Shown here piece after piece: positions 11,059-23,800 of a DNA stretch of 64,000 nucleotides (positions are counted from its first letter, which is position 1; every line of letters starts with the position of its first letter). The notes beneath the pieces were generated by a model that had not been told where the DNA came from, did not search any database, and saw only the letters and a program-made list of their open reading frames with translations. Position numbers and translations under genes: made by a program. The stretch is from Laetmonice hystrix. Its lineage: Eukaryota. The stretch is from NCBI GenBank assembly GCA_965235115.1, contig OZ249441.1:7564001-7628000 (forward strand), given 5' to 3'.

Positions 11059-13211
11059 CAGACATTGACTAGTTGGTAAAGTACGGTCCTACTGCTTATA
11101 TCATAGAGTTAGGATATGTCATGAGAATGTTATCTTCATTGGTCTACCAGACTGATCAAACTCCAGCAGACATTGACTAGTTGGTAAAGTACGGACCTAC
11201 TGTCCACTATCATAGAGTTAGGATATGTCATGAGAATGTTATCTTCATTGCCCGACTGATCAAACTCCAGCAGACATTGACTAGTTGGTAAAGTACGGTC
11301 CTACTGTCCACTATCATAGAGTTAGGATGTGTCATGAGAATGTTATCTTCATTGCCCGACTGATCAAACTCCAACAGACATTGACTAGTTGGTAAAGTAC
11401 GGTCCTACTGTCCACTATCATAGAGTTAGGATATGCCATGAGAATGTTATCTTCATTGCCCGACTGATCAAACTCCAGCAGACATGGACTAGTTGGTAAA
11501 GTACGGTCCTACTGTCCACTATCATAGAGTTAGGATATGTCATGAGAATGGTATCTTCATTGGTCTGCCCGACTGATCAAACTCCAGCAGACATTGTCTA
11601 CCGGGGTAGTTGGTAAAGTACGGTCCTACTGTCCACTATCATAGAGTTAGGATATGTCATGAGAATGTTATCTTCATTGGTCTGCCCGACTGATCAAACT
11701 CCAGCAGACATTGACTAGTTGGTAAAGTACGGACCTACTGTCCACTATCATAGAGTTAGGATATGTCATGAGAATGTTATCTTCATTGCCCGACTGATCA
11801 AACTCCAGCAGATATTGACTAGTTGGTAAAGTACGGGCCTACTGTCCACTATCGTAGAGTTAGGATATGTCATGAGAATGTTATCTTCATTGGTCTGCCA
11901 GCCTGATCAAACTCCAGCAGACATTGACTAGTTGGTAAAGTACGGTCCTACTGTCCACTATCATAGAGTTAGGATATGTCATGAGAATGTTATCTTCATT
12001 GGTCTGCTCGACTGATCAAACTCCAGCAGACATTGACTAGTTAGTAAAGTTCGGTCCTACTGTCCACTTTCATAGAGTTAGGATATGTCATGAGAATGTT
12101 ATCTTCATTGGTCTGCCAGCCTGATCAAACTCCAGCAGACATTGACTAGTTGGTAAAGTACGGTCCTACTGTCCACTATCATAGAGTTAGGATATGTCAT
12201 GAGAATGTTATCTTCATTGCCCGACTGATCAAACTCCAGCAGACATTGACTAGTTGGTAAAGTACGGGCCTACTGTCCACTATCGTAGAGTTAGGATATG
12301 TCATGAGAATGTTATCTTCATTGGTCTGCCAGCCTGATCAAACTCCAGCAGACATTGACTAGTTGGTAAAGTACGGTCCTACTGTCCACTATCATAGAGT
12401 TAGGATATGTCATAAGAATGTTATCTTCATTGGTCTGCCAGCCTGATCAAACTCCAGCAGACATTGACTAGTTGGTAAAGTACGGTCCTACTGTCCACTA
12501 TCATAGAGTTAGGATATGTCATGAGAATGTTATCTTCATTGGTCTGCCAGCCTGATCAAACTCCAGCAGACATTGACTAGTTGGTAAAGTACGGTCCTAC
12601 TGTCCACTATCATAGAGTTAGGATATGTCATGAGAATGTTATCTTCATTGGTCTGCCAGCCTGATCAAACTCCAGCAGACATTGACTAGTTGGTAAAGTA
12701 CGGTCCTACTGTCCACTATCATAGAGTTAGGATATGTCATGAGAATGTTATCTTCATTGGTCTGCCAGCCTGATCAAACTCCAGCAGACATTGACTAGTT
12801 GGTAAAGTACGGTCCTACTGTCCACTATCATAGAGTTAGGATATGTCATGAGAATGTTATCTTCATTGGTCTGCCCGACTGATCAAACTCCAGCAGACAT
12901 TGACTAGTTGGTAAAGTACGGGCCTACTGTCCACTATCATAGAGTTAGGATATGTCATGAAAATGTTATCTTCATTGCCCGACCGATCAAACTCCAGCAG
13001 ACATTGACTAGTTGGTAAAGTACGGTCCTACTGTCCACTATCATAGAGTTAGGATATGTCATGAGAATGTTATCTTCATTGCCCGACCGATCAAACTCCA
13101 GCAGACATTGACTAGTTGGTAAAGTACGGTCCTAGGGTCCACTATCATAGAGTTAGGATATGTCATGAGAATGTTATCTTCATTGCCCGACTGATCAAAC
13201 TCCAGCAGATA
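11059..13211. repeat. 104/109-bp satellite, ~20 copies
   Basis: CAGACATTGACTAGTTGGTAAAGTACGGTCCTACTG...CTGATCAAACTCCAG, with or without GGTCT. Confidence 0.95.
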
Positions 13212-14769
13212 TTTGATGATGACAATGCCCATACTGTGTTCCATGGAGAGATGCCGTATTTGCTGGTAACGTTAGTAGTACAAAGTCTCATACCAAGTCT
13301 GCCCATTCTGCAGTGCCGAGTTCGGTCAGAGCTGGGCATGGACTCTGTAAGGCCTAACGCTGGTTGACAGTTCAAACGCTCACCATACACATTGGTAACA
13401 CTGGCGCGAAGTGTGCGGCGGGCGTTCCACCGTCTATATTGACACCGACCCACTGATGTGGCACTCAGCTCACCTTTGTAGTATCATCACGCCCTCTAAC
13501 GGCATTTAAACCGCCACACCGTTCACGCCGTCACGTGGCTCCCGAGCCTAATTACGTTATGTCGCGATATTGGCTGCGTGAACACCTCGTAATCCGGGCA
13601 CAGAGCCGGTACGGGCAGGATTGGGCCCCGGCCGGGCGTTATGGGCCAGGCCAGGGAGGATTGACCCCGGTCGGGTGCTATGGGCCAGGCCGGGGAGGAT
13701 TGGCCCCGGCCGGGCGTTACAGTCCGGGCCGGGGGTGTATTCAGAGAAGGTTGGACGGGAGGTCCCGGGCTGGGACCCGAGATTTAGCAGTCGCCGTCTG
13801 ATAGCAAACCTAATCGAGTTATGGCGGGTGAAAAGTCCCAGACCTGTTGTAGGCCTACTCGGTGGGGTGGCGTGCACTGTGGTACATTGGGTGGCACCCC
13901 GGGTATGTCTTGGGTGGCACCCCTGGGTATGTCTTGGGTGGCACTCCGGGTAGGTCTTGGGTGGAGCCTCGGGCTGTGTCTCTGGGTGGTGTCTTGAGTC
14001 TTGGATGGAGTCTTGGCCCTGGGCGTGACCTTTGGTGACGTTTTGGGTGGTGCCATGGGTGGTGTCTTGACTGGCTCGGCTTGGTGGTACCCTGAGTGAT
14101 GCTTCAGTTGTTCGCTCGGGTGGTTTCCCGGATTATTGTCCTGTATTGTCCCAGATTACGAGAATCCTAATCAATTATTTATTCTATTATTAAAGAATCA
14201 CACCAGTGGAAAAACGCCATTTTAACATTTCATACAAAAATTTATTCATCTTCATACATGTACAATCATATACTTTATATGCAAGTCGTAATTATACAGA
14301 TTGTACGTACATACATGGCCTATATCTGTAAGTACACGTGGTGTCTCTGTAAACCGAACACCACCCCGGATCCGTTCTCTAAGTACACGTGATGTCTCTG
14401 TAATCCGAACACCACCCGCGATCCGTCACCTCCCAAGTAAACATGGTGCCCACCTTCACCGTTACGTTCGTAAAACCAAAACTCAAAGGAATCGTTCTCA
14501 TACAGCTCTGTAGGTTTTCTATAAACTGTACCTGTCTAAACAGCAGTGATTCCCAAATTGCCTCCACTATTTTCTCTATACTGATTATATTATTTCAAGT
14601 ATTTCATCTAAATTTGAATAAAATAATCTATTTTCATTTCATTGCCGGACGCCACTCGGACCCCTCACATCATCGTGGGGGGCTCTTGTTTGGAACCACT
14701 GGTTTAGAACGGGCACCCTGTGCGTCTGTCAACCTGCGCAGGTTACCACCCGTGTAACATATGGCCTCA

Positions 14770-15139
14770 TTAAGGACACCAGTCTGATCAGGAAGGACAC
14801 CAGTCTGATCAGTAAGGACACCAGTCTGATCAGTAGGGACACCAGTCTGATCAGTAAGGACACCAGTCTGATCAGTAAGGACACCAGTCTGATCAGTAAG
14901 GACACCAGTCTGATCAGTAAGGACACCAGTCTGATCAGTAAGGACACCAGTCTGATCAGGAAGGACACCAGTCTGATCAGTAAGGACACCAGTCTGATCA
15001 GGAAGGATACCAGTCTGACCAGGAAGGACACCAATCTGATCAGGAAGGACACCAGTCTGATCAGGAAGGACACCCGTCTGATCAGGAAGGACACCAGTCT
15101 GATCAGGAAGGACACCAATCTGATCAGGAAGGACACCAA
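14770..15139. repeat. 21-bp minisatellite, ~17 copies
   Basis: AAGGACACCAGTCTGATCAG(T/G). Confidence 0.95.
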
Positions 15140-15554
15140 TTTATATTATGTCCAATCAGTATGGCCTGTATTATCACCGCACACATAGTGCCTTCCTCCC
15201 TCCCTCACACACCTCCCCATGTACAGAGTATAATAATGTGCCACAATTGCAGCATCTGCGATAGAGGCAAATATAAACTAGGACCACCTACAGACACTAT
15301 GCTGGTGGAAGCATTCTACGTCAGTTTTTATACAAGCACTTGTGAACTCTTGCCTGCTCAGTTTGAATAGACCCTGTCCTGGATTTGCAAATGACACAAA
15401 TTTCATTCATTCAAGTGGCTAAAATTCTTTTACTAACTCCTCTTCTCAGAAATAGTTACCCAAACATGACGGATTATGAAGAGAAACTATGGAGTTATGA
15501 TTACTTTTCCAGCCCGCTGTTCGGTGTGGCGAGTCGGTCACTTCCTCTCGCCTG

Positions 15555-15610
15555 GGGTGCGTTCAGTAACACGGACGTTTCGAAACGTTTTGTAACTACT
15601 GAACGCATCC
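15555..15610. mobile_element. 56-bp MITE-like hairpin (PIF/Harbinger-type?)
   Basis: 14-bp inverted termini GGGTGCGTTCAGTA / TACTGAACGCATCC (1 mismatch), flanked by CTG..CTG; internal palindrome ACGTTTCGAAACGT. Confidence 0.5.
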
Positions 15611-16134
15611 CTGTTCTAGCTTCCGTTTCCGTTCATAAGGACGATATGAACACACGTATAGATATGTACAATAAGTTGGACTCTATATGATCTACAGGTC
15701 CCTCTAGAGGATGGGCAAAGGGTCGATTCTTCCACTTCATTATATATCCACTACACTGATCTATTTACAAGGGTTCACGGAAAACGGCACAGAAGGTAAC
15801 TGGTCGGCATGTCTGACTTTGAGGAGGGACGTGTAAAAATAGCCACACTCCTGGCCGAGGAGACTAGAGAAAAGACAAAGACAAGGGAATTTACAGCGAT
15901 CTATCATATTAATTGTTAGAAAATCAGAGCTTTTCTTTTTAAGCACGCCGAAAAGACCTCTAGGCCACTTGACACACTCTGATCCCAACACAAGAAGGCA
16001 CGGGCCGTTTAATTCAAGGAAACCGGGACAAAATGCACACGGCAAGATCTCCACCAGACCTTTAAATGACACCCATATCAGGGTGTAGTGTTTTATATAT
16101 AAAAGACCGCCCATGTGTACTTAGCGTGAGAGGA

Positions 16135-16385
16135 GTACTGTAACATCTGACTCCCCTTAGATACCACAAGACAGCCGGCAGGCGGTACTGTGACATCTGA
16201 CTTCCCGTAGATACCACAAGACAGCCGGCAGGCGGTACTGTAACATCTGACTCCCCTTAGATACCACGAGACTGGCCGGCAGGCGGTACTGTGACATCTG
16301 ACTTCCCTCAGATACCACGAGACAGTCGGCAGGCGGTACTGTGACATCTGACTTTTAAATACCACGAGACTGGTCGGCTCAGGCG
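16135..16385. repeat. ~50-bp minisatellite x5
   Basis: GTACTGTAACATCTGACTCCCCTTAGATACCACAAGACAGCCGGCAGGCG. Confidence 0.9.
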
Positions 16386-17400
16386 GCAAACTACACGGGG
16401 CGTGGTGTAACTACGGTAAGCAGTCTAAAATGGTCACAGCTTTGCTTATTGTATGTCAGTAGTCTTGTAAAACTCAGATTGACTCAGTGCCAGGTATACC
16501 TACCTCTGGTATAGACAAGTTTGAAAACTGCCCGGTCTACTGGTACAGAATCGCTTTCTTCATACATCGAACATGGAAACACCTCTTGCTGACCTAGAAA
16601 TGGAATGAGTTCGTTTGCCTGAGGTGAACTACATCCACCTAGACATCCGTAATTCAGTGACATGTCAACTTCAACATCCACAGCTTCCTCTCTCACCTCC
16701 GCTGCCTCCGCTATTTTGCTCAAGAACTGCTAGTTATAGAGGAAGCCATTTTTCATGTTTAAAAAAAATCGAATTATAACAAGTCCAACTGTGAATTGCG
16801 TCCTTTCACAGCAACGTGTCACGTTTAAATCGCAAGGACTACTTTATGTGTCGTCTTCTATTGGGAGTGATGGCGACCATAACTGTGTACCGTGTGTAGT
16901 TAGTATAACACACAGACATACATACGGACATAGCCCTACGTCATCATGTATATATCAAGATATAGTTCATACTTTCGACATTAATCCTCGCCTCAAGCCT
17001 CCATATACATACATGTATTATATATTATATTTTCAACATATACCAATGCCCTGAAACGATGTTGGTGCCTGTTTGCAGGCCGTTCATGGTGTCAGCACAT
17101 ATCTCAATGAGGGAAGCCACTCCCTCTGAGACAGTCTGGTATGACGTGCTTACAGCGGCTCACTGACTGGCTTCCTACCCTATACAGTACTCCCTTTATC
17201 TTAGCCAATCAGAAACTGCTGTAAGCATGACATTCAAACTTATCCACTCTCGCTCTGACAATAGCGGCATTTTTATTTCAGAGGCTGCTTTTGCATAATG
17301 TTTCTTTTACGTCGCTAAAACTCTGCTATCGTCCATGATCACCGAATCCTTATGCATAGGTCTAACCGACGACAACCTGGAGACATCTGGGGAGAAAACG

Positions 17401-17790
17401 GACCGACCGAGCCGACTGTGGCCGACCGGAGCCGACCGGAGCCGACTCTGACCGACCCTTGCCGACTCTGACCGACCCTTGCCGACTCTGACCGACACTA
17501 GCCGACTCTGACCGACCCGAGCCGACTCTGACCGACCCTAGCCGACCCGAGCCGACCCGAGCCGACTCTGACCGACCCGAGCCGACTCTGACCGACCCGA
17601 GCCGACTCGGACCGACCCGAGCCGACTCTGACCGACCCGAGCCGACTCTGACCGACCTTAGCCGATCCGAGCCGCCTCTGGCCGACCCGGGCCGACTCTG
17701 GCCGACCCGAGCCGACTCTGACCGAACCTAGCCGACTCTGACCGACCTTAGCCGATCCTAGCCGACCCTGGCCGACCCGAGCCGGGCCGA
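17401..17790. repeat. 10/20-bp degenerate repeat (CCGACCCGAG/CCGACTCTGA)
   Basis: Visible periodicity; lies just downstream of the putative stop codon. Confidence 0.9.
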
Positions 17791-17827
17791 CATGTCCCCT
17801 AGCCGTCCTGTTCCCCGTCTCCAGGCC

Positions 17828-17890
17828 TTACCGTCCTCGGACGTCGTCCCTTCTTACTAACGCCTTCATTCGCTCCTCCTTCGTCATGAC
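17828..17890 (-). CDS. SPON1: Putative terminal F-spondin exon
   Basis: aaattgcag|VMTKEERMKALVRRDDVRGR*; phase matches the 18268 donor; a minus-strand AATAAA lies at 17272-17277. No domain homology supports it. Confidence 0.45.
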   Translation of the reverse strand, partial: VMTKEERMKALVRRDDVRGR

Positions 17891-20800
17891 CTGCAATTTA
17901 AGTCAGAGTTAAGTTAAGTCAGAGTTTCATTGAGTGACCAATCGGCTCCTCCCATTGGATGACATGTTTTTACCACGTGTTCCCAGGTGTTTCATTGTTT
18001 GACCCACGTGTTCCCAGGTGTTTCATTGTTTGACCCACGTGTTCCCAGGTGTTTCACTGATTGACCCACGTGTTCCCAGGTGTTTCATTGAGTGACCCAC
18101 CTGTTTCCAGGTGTGTTTGACCCACGTGTTCCCAGGTGTTTCATTGATTTATCCACGTGGTCCCAGGTGTTTCATTTAGTGACCCACGTGTTCCCAGGTG
18201 TTACATTGATTGACTCACGTGTTCCCAGGTGTTTCATTGATCCCAGGTGTTATATTGATTGACCCACCTGTTCCTGGCCAGGACACCGCGGTAGCTGACA
18301 GTAGCGCCGCTCCAGGCGGGGCGGACATACGGCTCCTCCACGGCGGGGCCGGTGTACCAGAGGTCGTGACCTCTCCTGTATGCTCTCCGTCCCACAGGTG
18401 GCACCACAAGGCGACCAGTCGCTCCATGGCCCGAGCTCACAGTCACGTGCTGAAAGACACACCCAACGTTCGTAGCTCAGTACACACCCAACGTTCATAG
18501 CTCAGTACACACCCAACGTTCATAGCTCAGTACACACCCAACGTTCATAGCTCAGTACACACCCAACGTTCATAGCTCAGTACACACCCAACGTTCATAG
18601 CTCAGTACACACCCAACGTTCATAGCTCAGTACACACCCAACGTTCATAGCTCAGTACACACCCAACGTTCATAGCTCAGTACACACCCAACGTTCGTAG
18701 CTCAGTACACACCCAACGTTCCTGGCTCAGTACACACCCAACGTTCATAGCTCAGGAGGAGCAGTACGTGTATAAGGCAAAACAAACAGTATTGCATATA
18801 CATGTATAACAGGAAGCCCCCGGAACAATTTCATACCCTTGTATGGCAAACTGTCATGCTGAAACGCTCGATAGTGGATGTGCGAGTTTTGATTTGAAAC
18901 CAGTAGAGGGGTAACCGGTTCCTGGGTCACGTGACCGATGTCAAGTTGTAGAACATACAATATACCCAAGGACCTCTACAGTAGAGTGCGGTAAGCAAAG
19001 AAATCTATTGCGATCAAGAAACCTTAAATAGATGATATTTGTTTAATTTGGTCGGCTGGGATGGGTTGAGAACAGAATCTGACGAGGATCTGAAGATGAA
19101 CAGTCATTCATCCACTGACGACCAGCGTGTCGTACGGGACCGGTCGGTTCAAGAAATCGGAAGTCACGGATCTCAGTTTGATCATTTCACCACAGCTCGT
19201 CACGATGACATGTCTATTAGACCTGAAGGATCAGTCGATTAGGGAAACCATTATATACAATAACAGAGTATGGGAATTTTGATTTGGTCTGCCCTTACGA
19301 TCTGATGTCAGAGGCCTACACATAAAACAGCTGTGTGGGATATAAAAGCAAAGCTAACCTCTCTGACAAAACGTTTTAACGACCTCCCCAGAACAAGGCA
19401 GTCGAGTTATTATGGTGGGAGGACCTTTGTGAAGTCGTAAAGACAAACATGAAGTGTCCCTAGCCTCCGTCTAACGGCCCCCGTATGATCAATCCTCTAT
19501 GAAATCACCTCGTTTATTGCCTTCCGACGAAAGCAATTGGCAATCCACGGGGCCACATGTGTGCCGCAACCGTCTCCTCTTTAAACATTTATGTGTGTAG
19601 CCTTCTTCATGACGAAAACAACGTCTCTTGACGTGTGCGCCGACAGCCGGCTGTCAGTGGACCTTCTTGTCGGGGGGGGAGTAGGGTGGGGGTGGGGGGC
19701 GAGGCCCGGGGAGGACGGAAGGGTGCAGGGGGCGAGGCCCGGGGAGGACGGAAGGGGGCCGGGGGCGAGGCCCGGGGAGGACGGAAGGGGGCCGGGGGCG
19801 AGCCCGGGGAGGACGGAAGGGGGCCCGGGGAGAACGGCGGGAGAGGCCCGGGCAGGACGGAAGGGGGCCCGGGGAGAACGGCGGGAGAGGCCCGCCGAGG
19901 ACGGAAGGGGGCCGGGGCGAGGCCCGGGGAGGACAGAAGGGGGCCGAGGGACAGGGAGGACAGAAGGGGGCCAGGGGGGCGAGGTCCGGGGAGGACGGAA
20001 GGGGGCCCGGGGGGCGAAGCCCGGGGAGGACGGAAGGAGTCCGGGGAGGACGGGGGCGAGGACGGAGGAAGGCCCGGGGAGGACAGGGAGGGAGGACGAA
20101 GGAAGGCCCGGGGAGTCCGGAGGAAGGCCCGGGGAGTTCGGAGGAAGGCCCGGGGAGGACGAAGGAAGGCCGGAGGACGCGGAGGGAGGACGAAGGAAGG
20201 CCCGGGGAGGACGGGGAGGGAGGCCGGAGGAAGGCCCGGGGAGGACGGGGAGGACCGGGGGCGGAGGAAGGCCCGGGGAGGACGGACAGCCCCCTCCAGC
20301 ACGCCCGGTCTTTATGACCAACCGAGGCCGCCTCTCAGTGTTAATGCGCGGGACGGCCTGCCATCAGGACGGAGAGCTACAACTCTCCAAGGTTTAATCT
20401 GGCCAACTGATCCCAGCCTTTTGCCAGTTTATGCAGATCTCCGGAGCAGCTTTATATGGCCACATCATGCAAATTTTATGACAAGCAAAGCCTTGAGTGG
20501 GCACTGTCAACGTAAACGATGACTCTGACTAGCCAGTAAACCCAGGCCTAAAGCCAAGGCTAAGCTGCCCACTGCCTGTTGATGTCAACATACAAGGTAT
20601 ACTCGCACAGAACTTCTTCTGCTTGATCCTGACGTCTTTAAAAGTAAACATTTCCCATTCTCCGCTACTCGCTTCCATCAAAACCATCCCCTGGTGGCAG
20701 ACGGGAACAACTGACTATACGGCCGTGAAAAATTAAATGTTTTCGACCAAAAATCGTCGAATTTCAATAGCGAAATGGTTCATAACAAAATACATTATCC

Positions 20801-23800
20801 TGTCGCATACATCCCTTTCATCGGAGCCGATAAATCCGCGCCGTTTCCTAGCGACTCCGAGTTAGAGGGCTGTACGGATTAATCTTTCACCGATTAACCT
20901 TTCTTCATTATAAACAAACGGCACGTATATCAAGGGTCCGGACCGACGTTCACACAAACACTGAACTTCTCTTCTTACGATGTGAAATAACTTCTTTCAA
21001 AAAGACCAAGCTCTTATTACGCAGTGAAATAATTTCTTCCAAAAAGACCAAGCTCTTATTACGCAGTGAAATAATTTCTTTCAAAAAGACTAAGCTCTTA
21101 TTACGCAGTGAAATAATTTCTTTCAAAAAGACCAAGTTCTTATTACGCAGTGAAATAATTTCTTTCAAAAAGACCTACTCCAGCTGACGACGCACTGACT
21201 TGTATGATGACAGTTGTCATTCCCTATATCAATCCCTTTCAGCGTGAACATGAGTTTCAACTCTACACTGGCAGGCAGTAATATGGCCAAACGACCACCA
21301 TCATATCAACCATTCCCACCGATAGAAGGACCATGAATATTTAACCGGCCTACAATTTCTCTCGCACATTTAGAGCAATAACCACAGTGATTCCATGAAC
21401 AAATCCGCGCCGCCAGCACATGCTGGCATGCACCGTTTGTTGTCACTCGGCATTAAGAGCTAAACACAAATGAACGGAAAAGATCGCCTTGAAATATTTA
21501 TGTCAACATTATAGTTTCCTGTCATCCACCACTGAGCAAATGATGATACATTGCCAACCGATAGCATGTGATTTCTCTGTGGATGAAGTCAGTGAGCCAA
21601 ACCGAATGAACGCCCGCGTCTCATCGGCAGCCGAAATGAGCAGCGGCCGCCGGTTCAATCCGGTGCAGAGCGGGCTGGATTTGGAACGCTTGTTACGGCT
21701 GGTATCACTGCATGGCTGGGCCCTAACTGGGGCCCTAACTGGGGGCCCTAACTGAGGAACGTATTGTAGGAATGATGGCGTAGGATAGACGCACAGTTCA
21801 GTGGAAGGCCAGACCACGTCCTGCTAACGACGTCGGTCGTCAATAGTCTCTCCCGTCCTGACGTCACAAAACGCGTCTTATGTGACGTGACGAATGGTGT
21901 CAGTGACTCAGCAGAGTCGTGGAGGCAGTCGTGATCCGTCCCCTTGAACGAAAGCTTCAGGTAACGCGCATTGCTGGTACAGGTAACAACTGTCCGTGCA
22001 GAACGGCTGGTACCCCAATCTGTTACCCCAATCTGTTACCCTAATCTGTTACCCTAATCTGTCACCCTAATGATCTTACGTCCGCCAAAACTCCTCCGTT
22101 CACTTCGCTTTATAGGCCTACTGGCAAGCCCGGCTCAAGCAAATCATTATTCTGAGATGCCATTCCCAGTTATACAAGGCACGTTCTACTCTGTGCAGTG
22201 TGAAGCTGCCAAGCTGAAGACTGCAAGCTTTAGAAGCAAGACCAGCCAGATATCTCTCTACAGAAGGCGAGACCGTCACATCAGTAGGGCGTATCGAGGT
22301 AGGTATGCTCTCTATAGCAGATAGATACTGTGGGGTTTGAGGGGGAGAGCGGTTTGAGGGGTTTGGGGTGTGAGGGGGTGAGGGCGGCTAAACGACATAT
22401 ACAGAGTGACCAACAAAATGTCACCTACCCCTCAGCTCTCGTAAAACATCGACGCTACGACCTGAAACAGCCGGCGTCAGTAGCGTCAGTTTGGTAGTTT
22501 TGTAGCGTCAGTTTGGTGGCGTGGATTCAGTTTAAAATATATCAATTTATCGCTACTGACATCTGTACATGACCGACATTCTCAAAGGATCGGTTAAACC
22601 AGAGAAAGTTCAGTAAGATTCCTGACTTAATAACGCCATTCAACCACAATTGTGGAGTTCCATTCACTGTACTTCCCTTAACTCATTCTGACGTGACAAT
22701 GGAAGAAATTTAATCTATCACCACTGGGTGTTTCCGATGTGTTGTCTATCGTTCTCATTCGGTGAATATAAAACGCTAATTCCATCAATATTAGGTTTAC
22801 TTAGGACCGAAACGGTCTGTATTCGTGCACTGGTTCCTCCTGAACGAATGTGGGTCAGAGACTGAAAAATCTGCCGCGGAAACATTTCATCTGTCAGTTC
22901 TAGTATATGAATAGGAAGAACACTTTCCCCTTTCTCATAGTTGGGGTTTGATTTCAATAAAGGGATTACGTATCCTAGTAAACGGTAGCAAACAGAAATA
23001 CAATGAGATTACACCATATATCATGCTCGTCACAAAGTAACTGTGATCAGAGCCACGACGGCTCGATCAGCCTCCTGCGCTCACACAAAACAACCATACA
23101 TCGCTTTCTTTTATTCATTTCATTCAAATTAATTCGAAAAATTAATTTATTAATTAATTGTTGAAACAGAACTATGGCTCAATTATTTGCTTAGCGAGGA
23201 GATATGGGAAAAGCCGTTGTGAAAAGTGACTCTGAGTTAGAGAGATAAATGGCTTGTAATACGGTCCAGGCGGCAGACAGCGCCACCTAGCCGCCACCAC
23301 TGTTATAAACAATACCCCCTCATTGTGGGCGCAAACAGAGAGCCGCTGTAGGTATTTCCAACTCATTATGGAGCCCGTAAAATGCCATATTCGGCAGGAA
23401 ATTGCTTTGCACTAAAACAAATATGTCAACTTTGGCGTTTGGCTCCGTTTACGGACGTGCTGACGTAGCTGTCGTGGCTGTGTCTGGGCTGAGGCGAAGC
23501 GTGAGAGTTTGAATGGTGAAAACTCCCAATACATGACGTATGAGCCTTAGTCTGGATGACATATGAGGTCCACTCGTTTGAATGGTGAAAATTCCCAATA
23601 CATGACGTATGTGCCTTAGTCTGGTTGACATATGAGGTCCACTCGTTTGAATGGTGAAAACTCCCAATACATGACGTATGTGCCTTAGTCTGGTTGACAT
23701 ACGAGGTCCACTCGCTTTCAACCATTCTACGCTGTGGGTTCCCACAAACTTTATAATAAATAAGAAGAGAGCTACTGACAGAGCGGTGTGTAACGGTCGT

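Noticed and set aside
7220-13211. Regular 50-, 53- and 109-bp direct repeats as CRISPR arrays
   Set aside because: Units are contiguous with no unique spacers, there are no cas genes, and the context is eukaryotic with spliceosomal introns.
13059-13277. Possible exon entering the 109-bp array (minus TACTAAC..GTTACCAG|QIRHLSMEHSMGIVIIKYLLEFDQ; also a + strand CTG|GTAACG donor)
   Set aside because: The branch-like motif is too close to the AG, I recognise no homology in either orientation, and no partner exons were found.
19581-20522. Pro-, Gly- and Arg-rich ORFs of 231-295 aa (collagen- or extensin-like look)
   Set aside because: Open in four frames because of G/A-rich low complexity; no domain or splice support.
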